This document shows, in pieces, positions 1 through 12,700 of a stretch of DNA of 64,000 nt; the first letter of the stretch is position 1; each line of letters opens with the position of its first letter. The notes below the pieces were generated by a model. That model had not been told where the DNA came from. It was given only the letters and a program-made list of their open reading frames with translations, and ran no database searches. Source of the DNA: Octopus sinensis (taxonomy: Eukaryota); NCBI RefSeq assembly GCF_006345805.1, contig NW_021832997.1:8237-72236 (forward strand), in the 5' to 3' direction. A program made the position numbers and the translations under genes.

Positions 1-364
1 CCTCCCCTTCTTTCCCTCCCTCGTGAAGCAGTGGGGAAGGGGAGGGTAGAAGGGAAATCAACGTCGTAAGCGTTGCCAAGGAGACCACCGTTCTTCTCGA
101 AGAACGACTTCATGGCTTTGAAGTCGCCAAAGCAGAAAATGGCTGGGAAAGCCGAAGACGAATTTACAAAATGGGGAAACACGCCACACAAAGGCAGGTT
201 TCCCGTGCAAAGAATTTGCACAACCGAATGGATTTTGTATTTATTAGTTGTTGCACAACTTTTACATAAAAAATATTATCCAAACACAAACTTTTGAAGG
301 CAATAAAAAGGCAAACTTACTCAGAGTCGATGTGACTATCGTCCGTCCATAAGATAGATAGATA

Positions 365-397
<33 letters not shown>

Positions 398-534
398 CGA
401 TAGAGAGAGAGAGATAGAGCGATAGAGAGAGAGAGCGATAGAGAGAGAGAGAGCGAGCGATAGAGAGGGAGAGAGAGAGCGATAGAGAGAGATAGATAGA
501 TAGAGATAGAGATAGAGATAGAGAGAGAGAGACA

Positions 535-667
535 GCAGTTGTTCGACATAAGCCCACAGATCGGAAATGGTTGGACACCGCACGAGTGCGTGCAGAACGG
601 TTTCGTCGCTCTGACCGCATCTCGGGCAGGTCGGCCCCGTGTTTCTCGAGCCGTGTCTGTAGAGCAC
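535..667 (-). mobile_element. Tx1/L1-clade LINE ORF2 C-terminal zinc-knuckle fragment
   Basis: Translates LYRHGSRNTGPTCPRCGQSDETVLHALVRCPTISDLWAYVEQLLS (C-x2-C-x8-H-x4-C); near-identical to segments at 4420-4550 and 39890-40030. Confidence 0.85.
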
Positions 668-700
<33 letters not shown>

Positions 701-723
701 ATTATATATATATATATATATAT

Positions 724-1064
724 ATGGTTGCGGGTTCAGTTCCACTGCGTGGCATCTTGGGCAAGTGTCTGCTGCTATAGCCCCGGGCCGACCAATGCCT
801 TGTGAGAGGATTTGGTAGACGGAAACTGAAAGAAGCCTGTCGTATATGTATATATATATATGTGTGTGTGTGTGTGTTTGTCCCCCTAGCATTGCTTGAC
901 AACCGATGTGGTGTGTTTACGTCCCCGTCACTTAGCGGTTCGGCAAAAGAGACCGATAGAATAAGTACTGGGCTTACAAAGAATAAGTCCCGGGGTCGAT
1001 TTGCTCGACTAAAGGCGGTGCTCCAGCATGGCCGCAGTCAAATGACTGAAACAAGTAAAAGAGA
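724..1064 (+). mobile_element. SINE family S1 (tRNA-like head, CORE-like ccttgggcaagtgtctt, internal TA/TG microsatellite), 5' truncated
   Basis: Matches about 20 other copies in the window; ends gcagtcaaatgactgaaacaagtaaaagag followed by (TA)n. Confidence 0.85.
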
Positions 1065-1191
1065 GTATATATATATATATATATACATATATAATAACAA
1101 AGGGTAAAATTAATTAATTGAGAAGTAATCAATAATTTCACCAAGTAGAATTCGGGATGAAAAAAGGACCATTTCACGGTAAACTTAAGTA

Positions 1192-1475
1192 ATACTTAAT
1201 AATTAGGGTTCAGCAAAGATTTGCTTCACCACATACCGAAGTTTAGAAATAGCAGCCAAAAAATCTTAGCTATTTCTTCTACTTTAAAAAGGGATGACCA
1301 GATATTGATTGATTTTCGTTGCTTTACTCTCTGCGTGTGTGAATTATTTTCAAGTATTTTGGTTTCTCTAGGAGTCCCTTTTTAATGTAGAAGAAATAGC
1401 TAAGATTTTTTTGGGCTGCCATTTCTAAACTTCGGTATGTGGTAAAGCAAATCTTTGCTGAACCCTTATTAATAA

Positions 1476-1478
<3 letters not shown>
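1192..1478. mobile_element. Fold-back MITE with ~100-bp terminal inverted repeats
   Basis: 1192-1295 is the reverse complement of ~1372-1478 (gggttcagcaaagatttgctt...tcttagctatttcttctac); TA-rich flanks. Confidence 0.7.
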
Positions 1479-1518
<40 letters not shown>

Positions 1519-1520
1519 AT

Positions 1521-1918
1521 ACTCTTTACTCTTCTCTTTTACTTGTTTCAGTCATTTGACTGCGGCCATGCTGGAGCACCGCCTTTAGTCGAGCAAATCG
1601 ACCCCGGGACTTATTCTTTGTAAGCCCAGTACTTATTCTATCGGTCTCTTTTGCCGAACCGCTAAGTGACGGGGACGTAAACACACCAGCATCGGTTGTC
1701 AAGCAATGCTAGGGGGACAAACACACAGACACACATATATATATATATACATATATACGACAGGCTTCTTTCAGTTTCCGTCTACCAAATCCACTCACAA
1801 GGCTTTGGTTGGCCCGGGGCTATAGTAGAAGACACTTGCCCAAGTTGCCACACAGCGGGACTGAACCCGGAACCATGTGGTTGGTAAGCAAGCTACTTAC
1901 CACACAGCCACTCCTGCC
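1521..1918 (-). mobile_element. SINE family S1, full length
   Basis: Reverse complement of the S1 consensus. Other copies: 6737-7255 (three heads), 10165-10405, 10807-11178, 19175-19450, 21197-21541, 35080-35392, 41343-42040, 43278-43870, 44252-44992, 59478-59700, 62777-63065. Confidence 0.85.
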
Positions 1919-2099
1919 TATATATATATATATATATATATATATGGTGGATGGGATATACACGGCCATCTTAAGGCACGCGTATATTTCTTCAATTACA
2001 TCTCCGGTGTTGCTGCTGGGAGTCAGCTCATCCGGCGCAGACTCGATCCTATGTACGTGTTTCTACATTGATGTTGATGCTGTTATACCTATTGTGCTC

Positions 2100-3070
2100 A
2101 CTTTTGCTACACGCGTTGTTGCTGTTCCCCCCTCTTCCTTCTTCTCCTCCACCCCTTCTCCATCTTTTCCTCCTCCTCCTCCCCCTTCTCCTTCTTCTTC
2201 TTGCTGCCATTTCTTGATAAATGGCAGACATTCCAAAGAAGAGAATGGCTTTGTCTTCGACTGCTTTTAAGAAATGTGGAGGCGGGGTGGAGGTCGTGGT
2301 GGTGGTAATGGTGGTGGGGGTGGTCGTGATGGCGGTGGTAATGGTAGTGGTGGTGGTGGTGATGGTAATGGTGGTGGTGGTGGTGGCGGTTGTGGTTGTG
2401 GTGGTGGTGGTAGTAGTAGTAGTGGTTGTGGTGGTGGTGCGTGTGTGTGTGGGGGAGGAGAGGATAGTGATGGTGGTGGCGGCGGCGATGGTGGTGGTCG
2501 TCGTGGTAGTAGCGACAATATCGTTATTGTGCGGCGCGGAAGGTTTTGGTGATGGTAGTGGTGGTGGTGGTCGCGGTAGTAACGGCAATATCATTGTTGT
2601 TGGTGGTGGTGGCGGCAATATTTTGCTGCTAGTGTCTGAGTTGCTGTTATTTATTGCCACAGTTGTTGCTGCTGTTACTCTTTAACCCTAGGTAGGTCCT
2701 TTCCTGATCCTTTACTGTCATGATTAAACTCGATCCGGCCGTGACCTTTTGTTTAAATGTGAACTGCAAACTACATTGTCGCTCCTGTTCTAACACAGCT
2801 GAGTGAGCATTGAAGGATATCTCAGCTGCTATTTCTAGCAATATTCATATTACATGCTGACGGTAACTGACGGCAGTGGTAGCGGAGTAAGAGGAGAAAG
2901 GGATGGTGGTGGTGGTGACAGTGGAGGCGGCAGCGGCGGTCCGGTGGCGAAGGCGGAAACTGCGATCGAATTGATGGTTCTGCTGACGATGGTGACAGTG
3001 TTAGTGTCTTGTAGTGATGATAATGATGATAGTGGTGATGGAGGTGGTGATGTTGGTGTTGGCGGTGGTG
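2100..3070. repeat. (GGT/CCT)n low-complexity tract
   Basis: Imperfect trinucleotide repeats giving poly-V, -T, -P and -G pseudo-ORFs in several frames. Confidence 0.9.
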
Positions 3071-3597
3071 GAATTAGCATATTTATTTGTTTCAACCAAC
3101 TCTCGCTCTCTCCACCCCCGCCATATATTCTGCCTTTCTTCTGTGGCAGGAAGAACATCCGGTCATTAAACACACCGCTGGCTTGTGTATATATGAGTGC
3201 ATATATAATATATATATATATATATATATAGATATAGATATATATATATACATATACATATATATATATATATATATGTGTGTATATATATATATATATA
3301 TGTGTGTGTATGTGTAAACAAACACACACACTCACAATATATACTCAAACGTGTTTACATGTGTGTGAATATATTCCGTCAGAGACAGTGCATATCTACC
3401 TATTTTTTAAATCTTTGTTTTCCTATCTCTATGTATCTCACTCACTCCCTGCCTATCTATCCAGCCTAATCTATCTATCTATCTGTCCATCTATCTATCC
3501 TAATCTATCTATCTATCCATCCGTCTATCTATCCATCTATCTGTCTGTCTGTCTATCTATCTATATATCTGTTTATCTATCTATCTATCTATCTATC

Positions 3598-5146
3598 GGG
3601 AAAAGTCAGTGGGCTTGCGGCTCGGCACCTGGAGAAGCAAGCCCATGCCGTCCAACAGTGTCTCCATCGTGGGACGCTGGACGGACGGACCGGTTAAATT
3701 GCTCGGGGTCTGGTTCGGTCCGGACCTCCAAATGGAGAAGAACTGGGGCGAGATAACGACTAGGGTGGCTACTCTCACCCAGAAGTGGACTGAGAGAAAG
3801 CTATCCCTAAAAGGTCGGGCGGAGGTGGCGAACGCGTACATCGCATCCGTCATCGAGTATCGTCTGACCGTCGTGCCTTGTCCCGACCCTACCATCACCA
3901 AACTGGAACGCATACTCTTCCGCTTCTTGTGGAAGGGAAACGTTCCGATGTTAGGCGATCATTTGCTTGCTGCCAACACCCGCTAAATGGAGGGCTGGGC
4001 ATGCCGTGGTTGATGATGCGCAGACATGCGCTGAGACTGCGACATCTCCGGCGCTTCATAGACAACGGTGGACAGGGGTTCGCCTTTGTGCGGCGCGCTT
4101 TCCCGCAGCTCGTCTCTTGGACGAACTACAGTCATGGATCAAGCAGAGACCGAGGCTAGGCGAATGGCACCGCGAGTGTCGCGTTGCTCTCAAGCAACTC
4201 TGCCGTCCGGGATCGAACTTGTGCGACTCCATCACAACAAAGGCATTCTATAGAGGATTAGTGGAGGGGAGGTGCGACGACGAACTCGGGCAGAGTCTGG
4301 GCGTCGACGAGGAACACCTGACCCGCCTGTTCAGGACAACTTTCGGGCCGGGACCTATGAACAATCACCAAAGATCCCTGGCCTGGCAGTGCTATCGAGA
4401 AGCATTACCTGTTCGGGATAAGCTCTACAGACACACTGGACCGACTTGCCCGAGATGCGGTCAGAGCGACGAAACCGTTCTGCACGCACTCGTGCAATGT
4501 CCAACCATTTCCGACCTGTGGGCTTATGCCGAACGGCTGCTGTCACGTGTGGGACGAATCCGCCGAGTCTATCGTGAGAATTGCTCCGCCCCCTTCCCTC
4601 AACCGGGAAGGCAAGGCAGTTTTCATCGTACTGGTGGCCATGGTGAAAGAATGTGTGTGGTGGACTCGAGCGAAAGGATTAGAGACAAACACTTACCTCT
4701 CTGGCCAATCGCTCATCAACTTTTTCAAGTACCACTTGAAAAGGAAGGTGAGAATGGAGAGGGAAGTTTTGTCTCGCGAAAGATTAAAAAAAACGATGGG
4801 TGAATGTTGCAAAGATGGTGCGTGCTAGTAACGAAACCATTTTGAGCATGATCCTGTAGATCGTAAAAAAGAAAGAAAGAGAGCATTTTTGATCTCATGT
4901 GTTTATTTCCTCCCTGACTGGGGTTCCCGTGGTCTTTTCTGTAGGCTTTTCTTCCCACGGATGAACCCAATCTTGTTATATCAATGTTTACATCATTATT
5001 TCTGTGATACACGATTTTCTTTTTTTTCCTCCTCTCGATCCCTTTTGATCGCAATCTTACATTTTTTTTTTCCACCCTCGAAAAGAAAAGCTCTGCATTT
5101 GTATTTGTCCCCTCTGTATTCAGCCCTGTGTGGCTAATAAAAGAAA
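3598..5146 (+). mobile_element. 5'-truncated Tx1/L1-clade LINE (RT C-terminus, zinc knuckle, 3' UTR), frameshifted
   Basis: Peptides VKLLGVWFG, LSLKGRAEVANAYI, HPLNGGLGMP and CPRCGQSDETVLHALVQC across overlapping frames; pyrimidine-rich 3' UTR ending ggctaataaaagaaa; (TATC)n on both sides. Confidence 0.9.
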
Positions 5147-5845
5147 GTTATCTATATATCTGTCTATCTATCTATCTATCTGTCTATCTATCTGTTTATC
5201 TACCTGTCTGTGTGTGTGTCTTCTAGGATCTCGGGCATCTCTCCCCTGCTCTTTTATATCTAGTCCTTACGTTGTGTTTCCTCAACGCCTTGCAGGAGGA
5301 GAATGAAGTCCCGACCTGTTACCATTCTTGTGGCCAGTATAGAATATATTTTACCAGAACCGGTAGAGCATTGAATGGAATTGCCTTGTGTCAATTGTAA
5401 TTATGATCCCCCTTTTTTTTATGTTCTGCTTTCAAACCCCAACCAAGGTGGACTTTGTCCTGTTTTTTTTCCCTTTTAATTCTTTATATTTTCTTTTATG
5501 TGGAATCGGTGGAACGTTGGAGAAAAATGCCATGTGGTATTTCTTCCGGCTGTTTCCATTCTGGTTTCACATCCCACCGAAGTCAACTTTGTCTTTCATC
5601 CCCTCCAGGGTCCTCAAAATAAAGTACCAGTCGAATACAGGGTTCGAAATAATCAACTGTGGCCCCTGCCACCCACTAATCGCTGGCCTTATGCCAAAAT
5701 TTCAGGGTCAATAAACTATCTGTGAAATATTAGGGTCACTTGACTAAACATAACTTCACTCATACTCAACCTGAGTGACACTGCCCTGTTCATCACTCAT
5801 TTCCCTTCACTCATCTGCCAGTTGACTCTCACACTCCTGCAAACC

Positions 5846-6235
5846 TATTTCTTTACTACCCACAAGGGGCTAAACACAGAGAGGACAAACAAGGACAGAC
5901 AAAGGGATTAAGCCGATTACATCGACCCCAGTGCGTAACTGGTACTTATTTAATCGACCCCGAAAGGATGAAAGGCAAAGTCGACCTCGGAGGAATTTGA
6001 ACTCAGAACGTAGCGGCAGACGAAATAGATATTTCTTTACTACCTACAAGGGGCTAAATACAAAGGTGACAAATAAGGACAGACTGAGGGATTAAGTCGA
6101 TTACATCGACTCCAGTGCGTTACTGGTACTTATTTAATCGACCTCGGCGGAATTTGAACCCAGAACGTAGCACCAGACGAAATACTGCTAAGCATTTCGC
6201 CCAGCGTGCTAACGTTTCTGCCAGCTTGCCGCCTT
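5846..6235 (-). mobile_element. SINE family S2 (Nin/Deu-like core gcctttcatcctttcggggtcgataaa), dimeric copy
   Basis: Head ggcggc(g/a)agctggcagaaacgttag with B-box-like g(a/g)gttcaaattcc. Other copies: 6305-6522, 24655-24838, 52935-53330, 55033-55240, 59058-59470, 61335-61470, 62130-62545. The core assignment is from memory. Confidence 0.8.
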
Positions 6236-7624
6236 AATTCTTTCTCAATATTCAAAGAGCTGGGGTCAATGTAATCCCTTTTCTGCTCTAGGTACAATGC
6301 CTGCAGAAACGTTAGCACGCCGGGCGAAATGCTTAGCGGTATTACGTCTGCGTTACGTTGTGAGTTCAAATTCCGCCGAGGTCGACTTTGCCTTTCATCC
6401 TTTCGGGGTCGATAAATTAAGTACCAGTTACGCACTGGGGTCGATGTAATCGACTTAATACCTATGTCTGTCTTTGTTTGTCCCCTCTGTGTTTAGCCCC
6501 TTGTGGGTAATAAAGAAATAGGTACAATGCCTGAAATTTCGGGGTAGGAGGCCATTCGGGTACTACTAGTGAAGACTGGACCTGGTGCGCACAGTCGCAC
6601 GTAAGTAGCCGATCCTACAACGACTTGCGCGTATTCAAATGAGTTGATTTTACAGAATAAAATAAAAGAAAGTAAATAAAGTATTGTCCTCTTTTTGTTT
6701 AGCTTCTTGTGGGCAATAAAGGAATATATATTAAACAGGAGTGGCTGTGTGGTAAGTAGCTTGCTTACCAACCACATGGTTCCGGGTTCATTCCCACTGC
6801 GTGGCATCTTGGGCAAGTGTCTTCTACTATAGCCCTGGGCCGACCATAGCCTTGTGAGTGGATTTGGTAGACGGAAACTGAAAGAAGCCTGTCGTATATA
6901 TATATATATATGTATGCAGGAGTGGCTGTGTGGTAAGTAGCTTGCTTACCAACCACATGGTTCCGGGTTCAGTCCCACTGCGTGGCATCTTGGGCAAGTG
7001 TCTTCTACTATAGCCCTGGGCCGACCATAGCCTTGTGAGTGGATTTGGTAGACGGAAACTGAAAGAAGCCTGCTGCATGTGTGACGCAGGCATGGCTGTA
7101 TGGTAAGAAGGCTGTCGTGTGTGTGGTGCAGGCGTGACTGTATGGCAAAGAAGCTTGCCTCCCAACCACATGGTTCTGGGTTCAGTCCCATTGCATGGCA
7201 TCAAAATCTTGTGAATGGATTTGGTAGATGGAAACTCAAAGAAGCCCGTCGTATATCTGTATTATTTTTGTCGTCCCCCCACCCCCACAAAAAAGTTCGT
7301 TTCTCGTTGTGTTCAATGTTTTTTTTTTATGTCTTGTACCCATACATGCATGTATATGTACATATTTACGTAGGTATGTATGTATTTATTTATATTATAT
7401 ATGTGTGGTTTTTAGGGGAGTCTGGATGCAAAAGCATTTTGCTTTGAATAGAAGCGAAAGCAAAACTGGGTTGAAGAAAAAAAACCCATTTTGAGAGAAA
7501 AAGTTCTAGGATGTTGTGGGAATAATGGTAGAATGTCTCTTATGTCTAATTCCACGGGCAGCCTTCAATTTTTCTTCTTTTTTTTTTTAAACTTAAATAT
7601 GTCATTTTTTACACAATTTTTCAG

Positions 7625-8126
7625 TGTTGTAAGCTGGCCCGGTCGTTTAGCGCGTCGGACGGAATGCTTAGTTGTATTTCGTCCGCCGTGACGTCCTGCG
7701 GAGGTTCGCTTCCCCGGGACGTCTTTGCGGTCGGAGTACTTCTGAGCATTTTCGTTTGGTGCGCTAAACTGGCAGGCTCGTCGCCTTTTCGATCCCCTTT
7801 TGCATTTGACCTAGTTTAGCTGACCCAGCTTATCGACCCCTAAATCGATAATGACTAAGAGGAAGTGACGTCAGGGACAGTGCCGGAAACTGAAACAAAC
7901 ATCTATTGGAAGGAAGTCTGTTCTTCGCAGAACTTCGTGTTTGGTACACCCTCATGGAACTTTACCTTTTAATTATGTTTTTAAGTAGAAGTCTGTCTTG
8001 TATTGATGTCAGGTGGCAGAGACGGAGCCAGAGAGTTTAACAAATAGTGAAGAAAGGAAAATATATATTTGGTTGTCAATGGGCAACCTGTGGCCTGACG
8101 AGGACTCCCAAACGAAAAGTTACGAG
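7625..8126 (+). promoter_or_regulatory. CpG-rich promoter-like island P1 with putative non-coding first exon (left-arm copy)
   Basis: ETS-CRE composite ggaagtgacgtca at 7861-7873, ccggaaac at 7883, CpG-dense; splice donor gag|gtaagg at 8126/8127. Confidence 0.55.
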
Positions 8127-8269
8127 GTAAGGCCATTACGTTTTATTGCGCATACATACACACATATATATAATAATTATATTAATGAAATTGTTGTATA
8201 CAGTGCTCAGGTGCCCCACAACTTGTCAAAAGTGCGTATAAAGCATCTGCAGTAATGTAGAAATGTCTG

Positions 8270-8500
8270 GGGAGTAAACAGTGTACGAGTCAGATAGATG
8301 CTTGCTTGTGTATGGAGGGGAGGAGAAGATCAGGTGTAGTGTTGGCGAATCTCAGGAAATTTTCAAGGATGCAGTGCTCCAACAACTGATGCCGGCAGTT
8401 TGTTCCATGCTTCAGCAACTCTAAGCGTGAAAAAATGTTTCCTAACGTCATGGAAGGAGCTGTGCTGTTTTATGACTTTGTAAACATGTCCACGGGTGTG
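8270..8500 (-). mobile_element. CR1/L2-like LINE 3' fragment (partner copy 23365-23600, + strand)
   Basis: HTRGHVYKVIKQHSSFHDVRKHFFTLRVAEAWNKLPASVV matches the typical CR1 ORF2 C-terminus. Confidence 0.8.
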
Positions 8501-8523
8501 GACATATGTGTGTGTGTCTATAC

Positions 8524-8702
8524 CAGTGCTTTTCAAACTTTTTGCTGGAGCGGAACCCCAAGGAAACATTCCACTGGCTCGAGGAACCCCTGTGCAATAA
8601 TTCAATAGTCTTATGCACACATATCTGCACGGGAGACTTAAAAATTACCGCCGATTTTAGCAGTTTTGTAACTCCCTGCGGAACCTTGGTTGAAAACCAC
8701 TA
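8524..8702. mobile_element. hAT-like MITE
   Basis: TIRs cagtg(c/g)ttttcaa(a)c / gttgaaaaccact. Copies at 17678-17832, 23142-23342 and 33179-33326. Confidence 0.7.
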
Positions 8703-10409
8703 GTATATATACATATACACTAATAAGGTTTATTTATATGAATATGTGGAGGTGTATGTATAAATAGCTTTAGATATAAATATCTAATTATTCCAGTTTA
8801 TCATTGGGGTGTTACTTCATTTTCTTCTTAGCAATAATCTCTATTCATTCTAAACACTAATTGAAGCACCCATAAGGAACCTACACGTGTGTCTGGATAT
8901 TTATAACTACCTGTACGTGTATATCTTGGTGGATTAAAATTTATCTAAACATTAACACGACATGTTTGTCCCATAAGAGCCAGAATAACACCCATTGTAA
9001 CTTTAATAAACTCATGGTTTTTAGGTTAAAATTTTACAACTTAATCTCTCTCTATATATAAAGCTGAAGTTGTCCGTGTATGGCAGCCTTCAACTAACAC
9101 TATCTCCTCCGAGACCCTGTGGGGCAAGTTGACCAAAATTGAGAGTATGATAGAAGAAGGCTTGCTCTTCATTCCGTAGAAGATAAAATTCAAATCAGAC
9201 CATGTTAACACCAAAAACTATTTACGTCAAAAAGGTGCTTTTTGGCAATCTTTCGTCTCTAGTAGACCTTTCCGTAAAAAAATTTTTTTATACATATGGG
9301 CTTGCGGGAACTTTTGAAGTAATGAGAGCGAAAGAGACTAAGAGAAAGCGATTGTATGAGGAGGGAAGTTCTTTTGAAGTTACCGTGCATGGCAAGCATT
9401 GATGTACATGTGTGTTTGATGGGGTGTGGGAGACAGACAGTATGTTGTGTAAGTGAAGTGCTTCTGTTAGTGTGTGTGAAGAGACAGAGTAATGTGTGAA
9501 AGAAAGAGATAACTGAAATTTTTTACTCGGTGTATGTGTATATGTATCTATCTATGTGTGTATGTATGTATATTACTTCAAAAGTTTAATTGCTCATGTA
9601 TATTTGTGTAAGTACTGTATATGAATGTGTATACACAAAAATAGATACAGCCACATAAACACATACATAGGATCTTTTCGGTTTGAACAGCAGTTTTTTA
9701 AATAATTTCCACTTTTAAACTTCGTCCGCTAAGTGGTCACTGGACGTGCTAGAAATAGCAGCCGAATATCTCGAATTACCATATTTTAACGTATATAAGG
9801 AACCCCCAAATTTTGGGAAAAAGGTTCTGTAAGAGATTATAATACTAAGATCATTTCGGTTTGACCGGCAGTTTTTTTTAACATAATTTCCTCGTAACTA
9901 AACACTTTTAAACTTCGTATTCTGGTAGAATGTGTTTATAAAACATCTTTTTCTCTTGGCTTTATTGAGAAAATTCTATAGTTTGTAAGATATTTGCTGG
10001 GTTTTTTTCTCAATTTCAACCAATCAATGGCGTCTATTGAGGTGAATTCAATTTCTATACATATTATACAAGCACACATATATATAAACTACAATCTGAA
10101 AACAAAATCAAGAAATGCATACACACATAATATTGTCATAGCAACCGTTACACAAATATCTCTCTCTTTTACTTGTTTCATTCATTTGACTGCGGCCATG
10201 CTGGAGCACCGCCTTTAGTCGAACAAATCGACCCCCAGGACTTATTCTATCGGTCTCATTTGCCGAACCGCTAAAGTGACGGGGACGCAAACACGCCAGC
10301 ATCGGTTGTCAAGCAATGCTAGGGGGACAAACACACATACATATATATATACATATATACAACAGGTTTCTTTCAGTTTCCGTCTACCAAATCCACTCAC
10401 GAGGCATTG

Positions 10410-10643
10410 GTGACGTTGATATCATTGGCTGATGGAAAAGCGGTAGTGACGTCAGGCGACCAGTGACCGAGCCTGCGCCTGTAAAACATTCTTTTCTTCG
10501 GCGGTCGGAAACCTTCGGGGTTCGATCCCAGTCTCCCGTACCCACCGAGGGACCTGATATTTTTCTGTTTGTCTGAATAAGGAACAAGTTGTCCTTTCTC
10601 TTCTCTGTCGATGTCCTGACAAAGCCAGGAGGCATTTTTCTAG
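10410..10643 (+). promoter_or_regulatory. Promoter-like island P2 with putative first exon (left-arm copy)
   Basis: Inverted CCAAT (attggctga, 10424), CRE tgacgtca at 10447-10454, CpG-rich; donor tag|gtgagg at 10643/10644. Confidence 0.55.
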
Positions 10644-12489
10644 GTGAGGCCATAACATTATTATTCATCTCTTCCCAACGCAAGTTCTTTGGCGAGGAAT
10701 AGAACATGTCCCGGGGCGATCCTTCGGTATAGGTACCGGAAAGTGGCTTTGTTTACATTTCTGAAGATAACAGAAACCCTTTTCTCCCAACCCTAACCCC
10801 TTATATACTCTTTTACTTGTTTCGGTCATTTTGACTGCGGCCATGCTGGAGCACCGCCTTTAATCGAGCAACTCGACCCCGGGACTTATTCTTTGTAAGC
10901 CCAGTACTTATTCCATCGATCTCTTTTTTCCGAACCGCTAAGTAACGGAGACATAAACACACCAGCATCGGTTGTCAAGCAATGCTAGAGGGACAAACAC
11001 ACACACGCATATATACGATAGGCTTCTTTCAGTTTCCGTCTACCAAATCCACTCACAAGGCTTTGGTCGGCCCGGGGCTATAGTAGAAGACACTCGCCCA
11101 AGGTGCCACGCAGTGGGACTGAACCCGGAACCATGTGGTTGGTTAGCAAGCTACTTACCACACAGCCACTCCTGCGCCTATATATATATATATATATAAA
11201 AAAAAAGCACTTTCTTGAAATGTATTCGGTACTTATTACCGAAGTCACGCCCGTCTTCCATTTGTTCGGTTATGCTGGGGCACCATCTTCGAGAAGTTGA
11301 AAAAATTGACCCTTGTACTTCTTTTTTTAAAGCCTAGTATTTATTCTATCGCTCTCTTTGCTGAACTGCTAATCTTCAGGGACGTAAACACACCAACACC
11401 GGTGGACAAGCGATAGTAAGACACACACATGTATATACGACAAGCTGAATCAAGTAGAAGATACACTGAACATCACTTCTATTCATTCAGCTACACGTAT
11501 TTTTAAGAGTCCATCCTTGCCCCTCCTTTACAAAATACGAAGGATGTGGTGTAGTCAGTAAATATGGAGACTTTTTTGAAGTTGTACTAAGTAATTTTGG
11601 CACAAGGCCAGCAATTTCGGGGGGTGGGAGCTAGTTGATTAAACTGACCCCTCCCCCTTCTGTTTTAAGATGAAATACCGCTAAGCATTTCGCCCGGCGT
11701 TCTAATGTTTCTGCCAGTCCGCCGCCTTTGATATATAGATACCAGGTGAGAATGCAATCGATAAGGCCGTTTTTGTCCTGCTTTTCTTCCGTCAACCTGT
11801 ACATAACAGCACCTTCCATTTTTTGTACTGCTTAAAGGCACGTTTCTTTCCTTCCAAGCTTACTGTTTAAACCATGTTTGTGTTCTCCCAGTCAACAGCC
11901 TTATCATTACTGCTACTTTAAACTCTTCGGTTGCATATTTGTGTGAATAAAATCGTTTGGAACAGAAAAAAAAAGTCTATCTTTATTTCTTCTTTTGCTG
12001 GTGTCTCAAATTTAGGTTAAATCATTGTTTCTCAAAGGGGGAGGCCTGTTGGACAAGTTGTTTTGAGAAAATTTGGTTTAAAAGTTTGACAACTCGGCAC
12101 TGTCCATTGGACGGAGGGGGGCGTTTTGCTCGTATATATATATATGTTATAATTTAGAAGAAACAGTAAGAAGTTGTCATAGTATTCGGAGTTTCAAATG
12201 TCAAAGCTAAGAGATATGATGCATTCTTGAATACTATAACAACCTTTCCCTGTTTGTTCTAAATTATAACATATATAAATATTCCTCTATTTATTGTTGT
12301 TACTTTTTAATATATATATATATATAGAGAGAGAGAGGTGTGCATTCAAAGCAAATTTACAAAACCAGTATGCTTCAACAATAATGACTTTTATTCCTAC
12401 CTCGGTTCATCTGATTGTATATATATCTATCGTTACTGTGCAGTTTCTTCTTACTTCCCCTGACATTTCCACGTGTAGTTTCTATATAT

Positions 12490-12700
12490 ACTAGCAGTAT
12501 CGCCCGGCGTTCCTCGGGTTTGTTTTGGAACTTTTGAAAAGTAAAAAGTTTGCATTATGTAGCTTGTTATTCTCTTTAGGTGAACATTTTTCTGGTTGAA
12601 ATACACCGAAAAATGGTGACACAGCAGTAAAAAAAAATAGGGATTTTCATAGACAAAAAAAGCACCTTTTTGATGTTAACATGGTCCGATTTGAATTTTT
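12490..12700 (+). mobile_element. Non-autonomous Helitron/Helentron-like element, partial
   Basis: Starts ctagcagtatcgcccggcgtt(c/g)ctcggg (subterminal hairpin). Related partial copies at 20000-20225, 61565-61800, 9055-9290 and ~22560-22810. Confidence 0.6.

Noticed and set aside
2049-3335. Poly-V, -T, -P and -G ORFs resembling mucin or glycine-rich proteins
   Set aside because: GGT/ACC low-complexity DNA, open on both strands, with no splice or codon evidence
6493-7204. Recurrent MPRSGTEPGTMWLVSKLLTTQP and MGLNPEPCGW peptides across the window
   Set aside because: Antisense translations of the S1 SINE head, not a gene family
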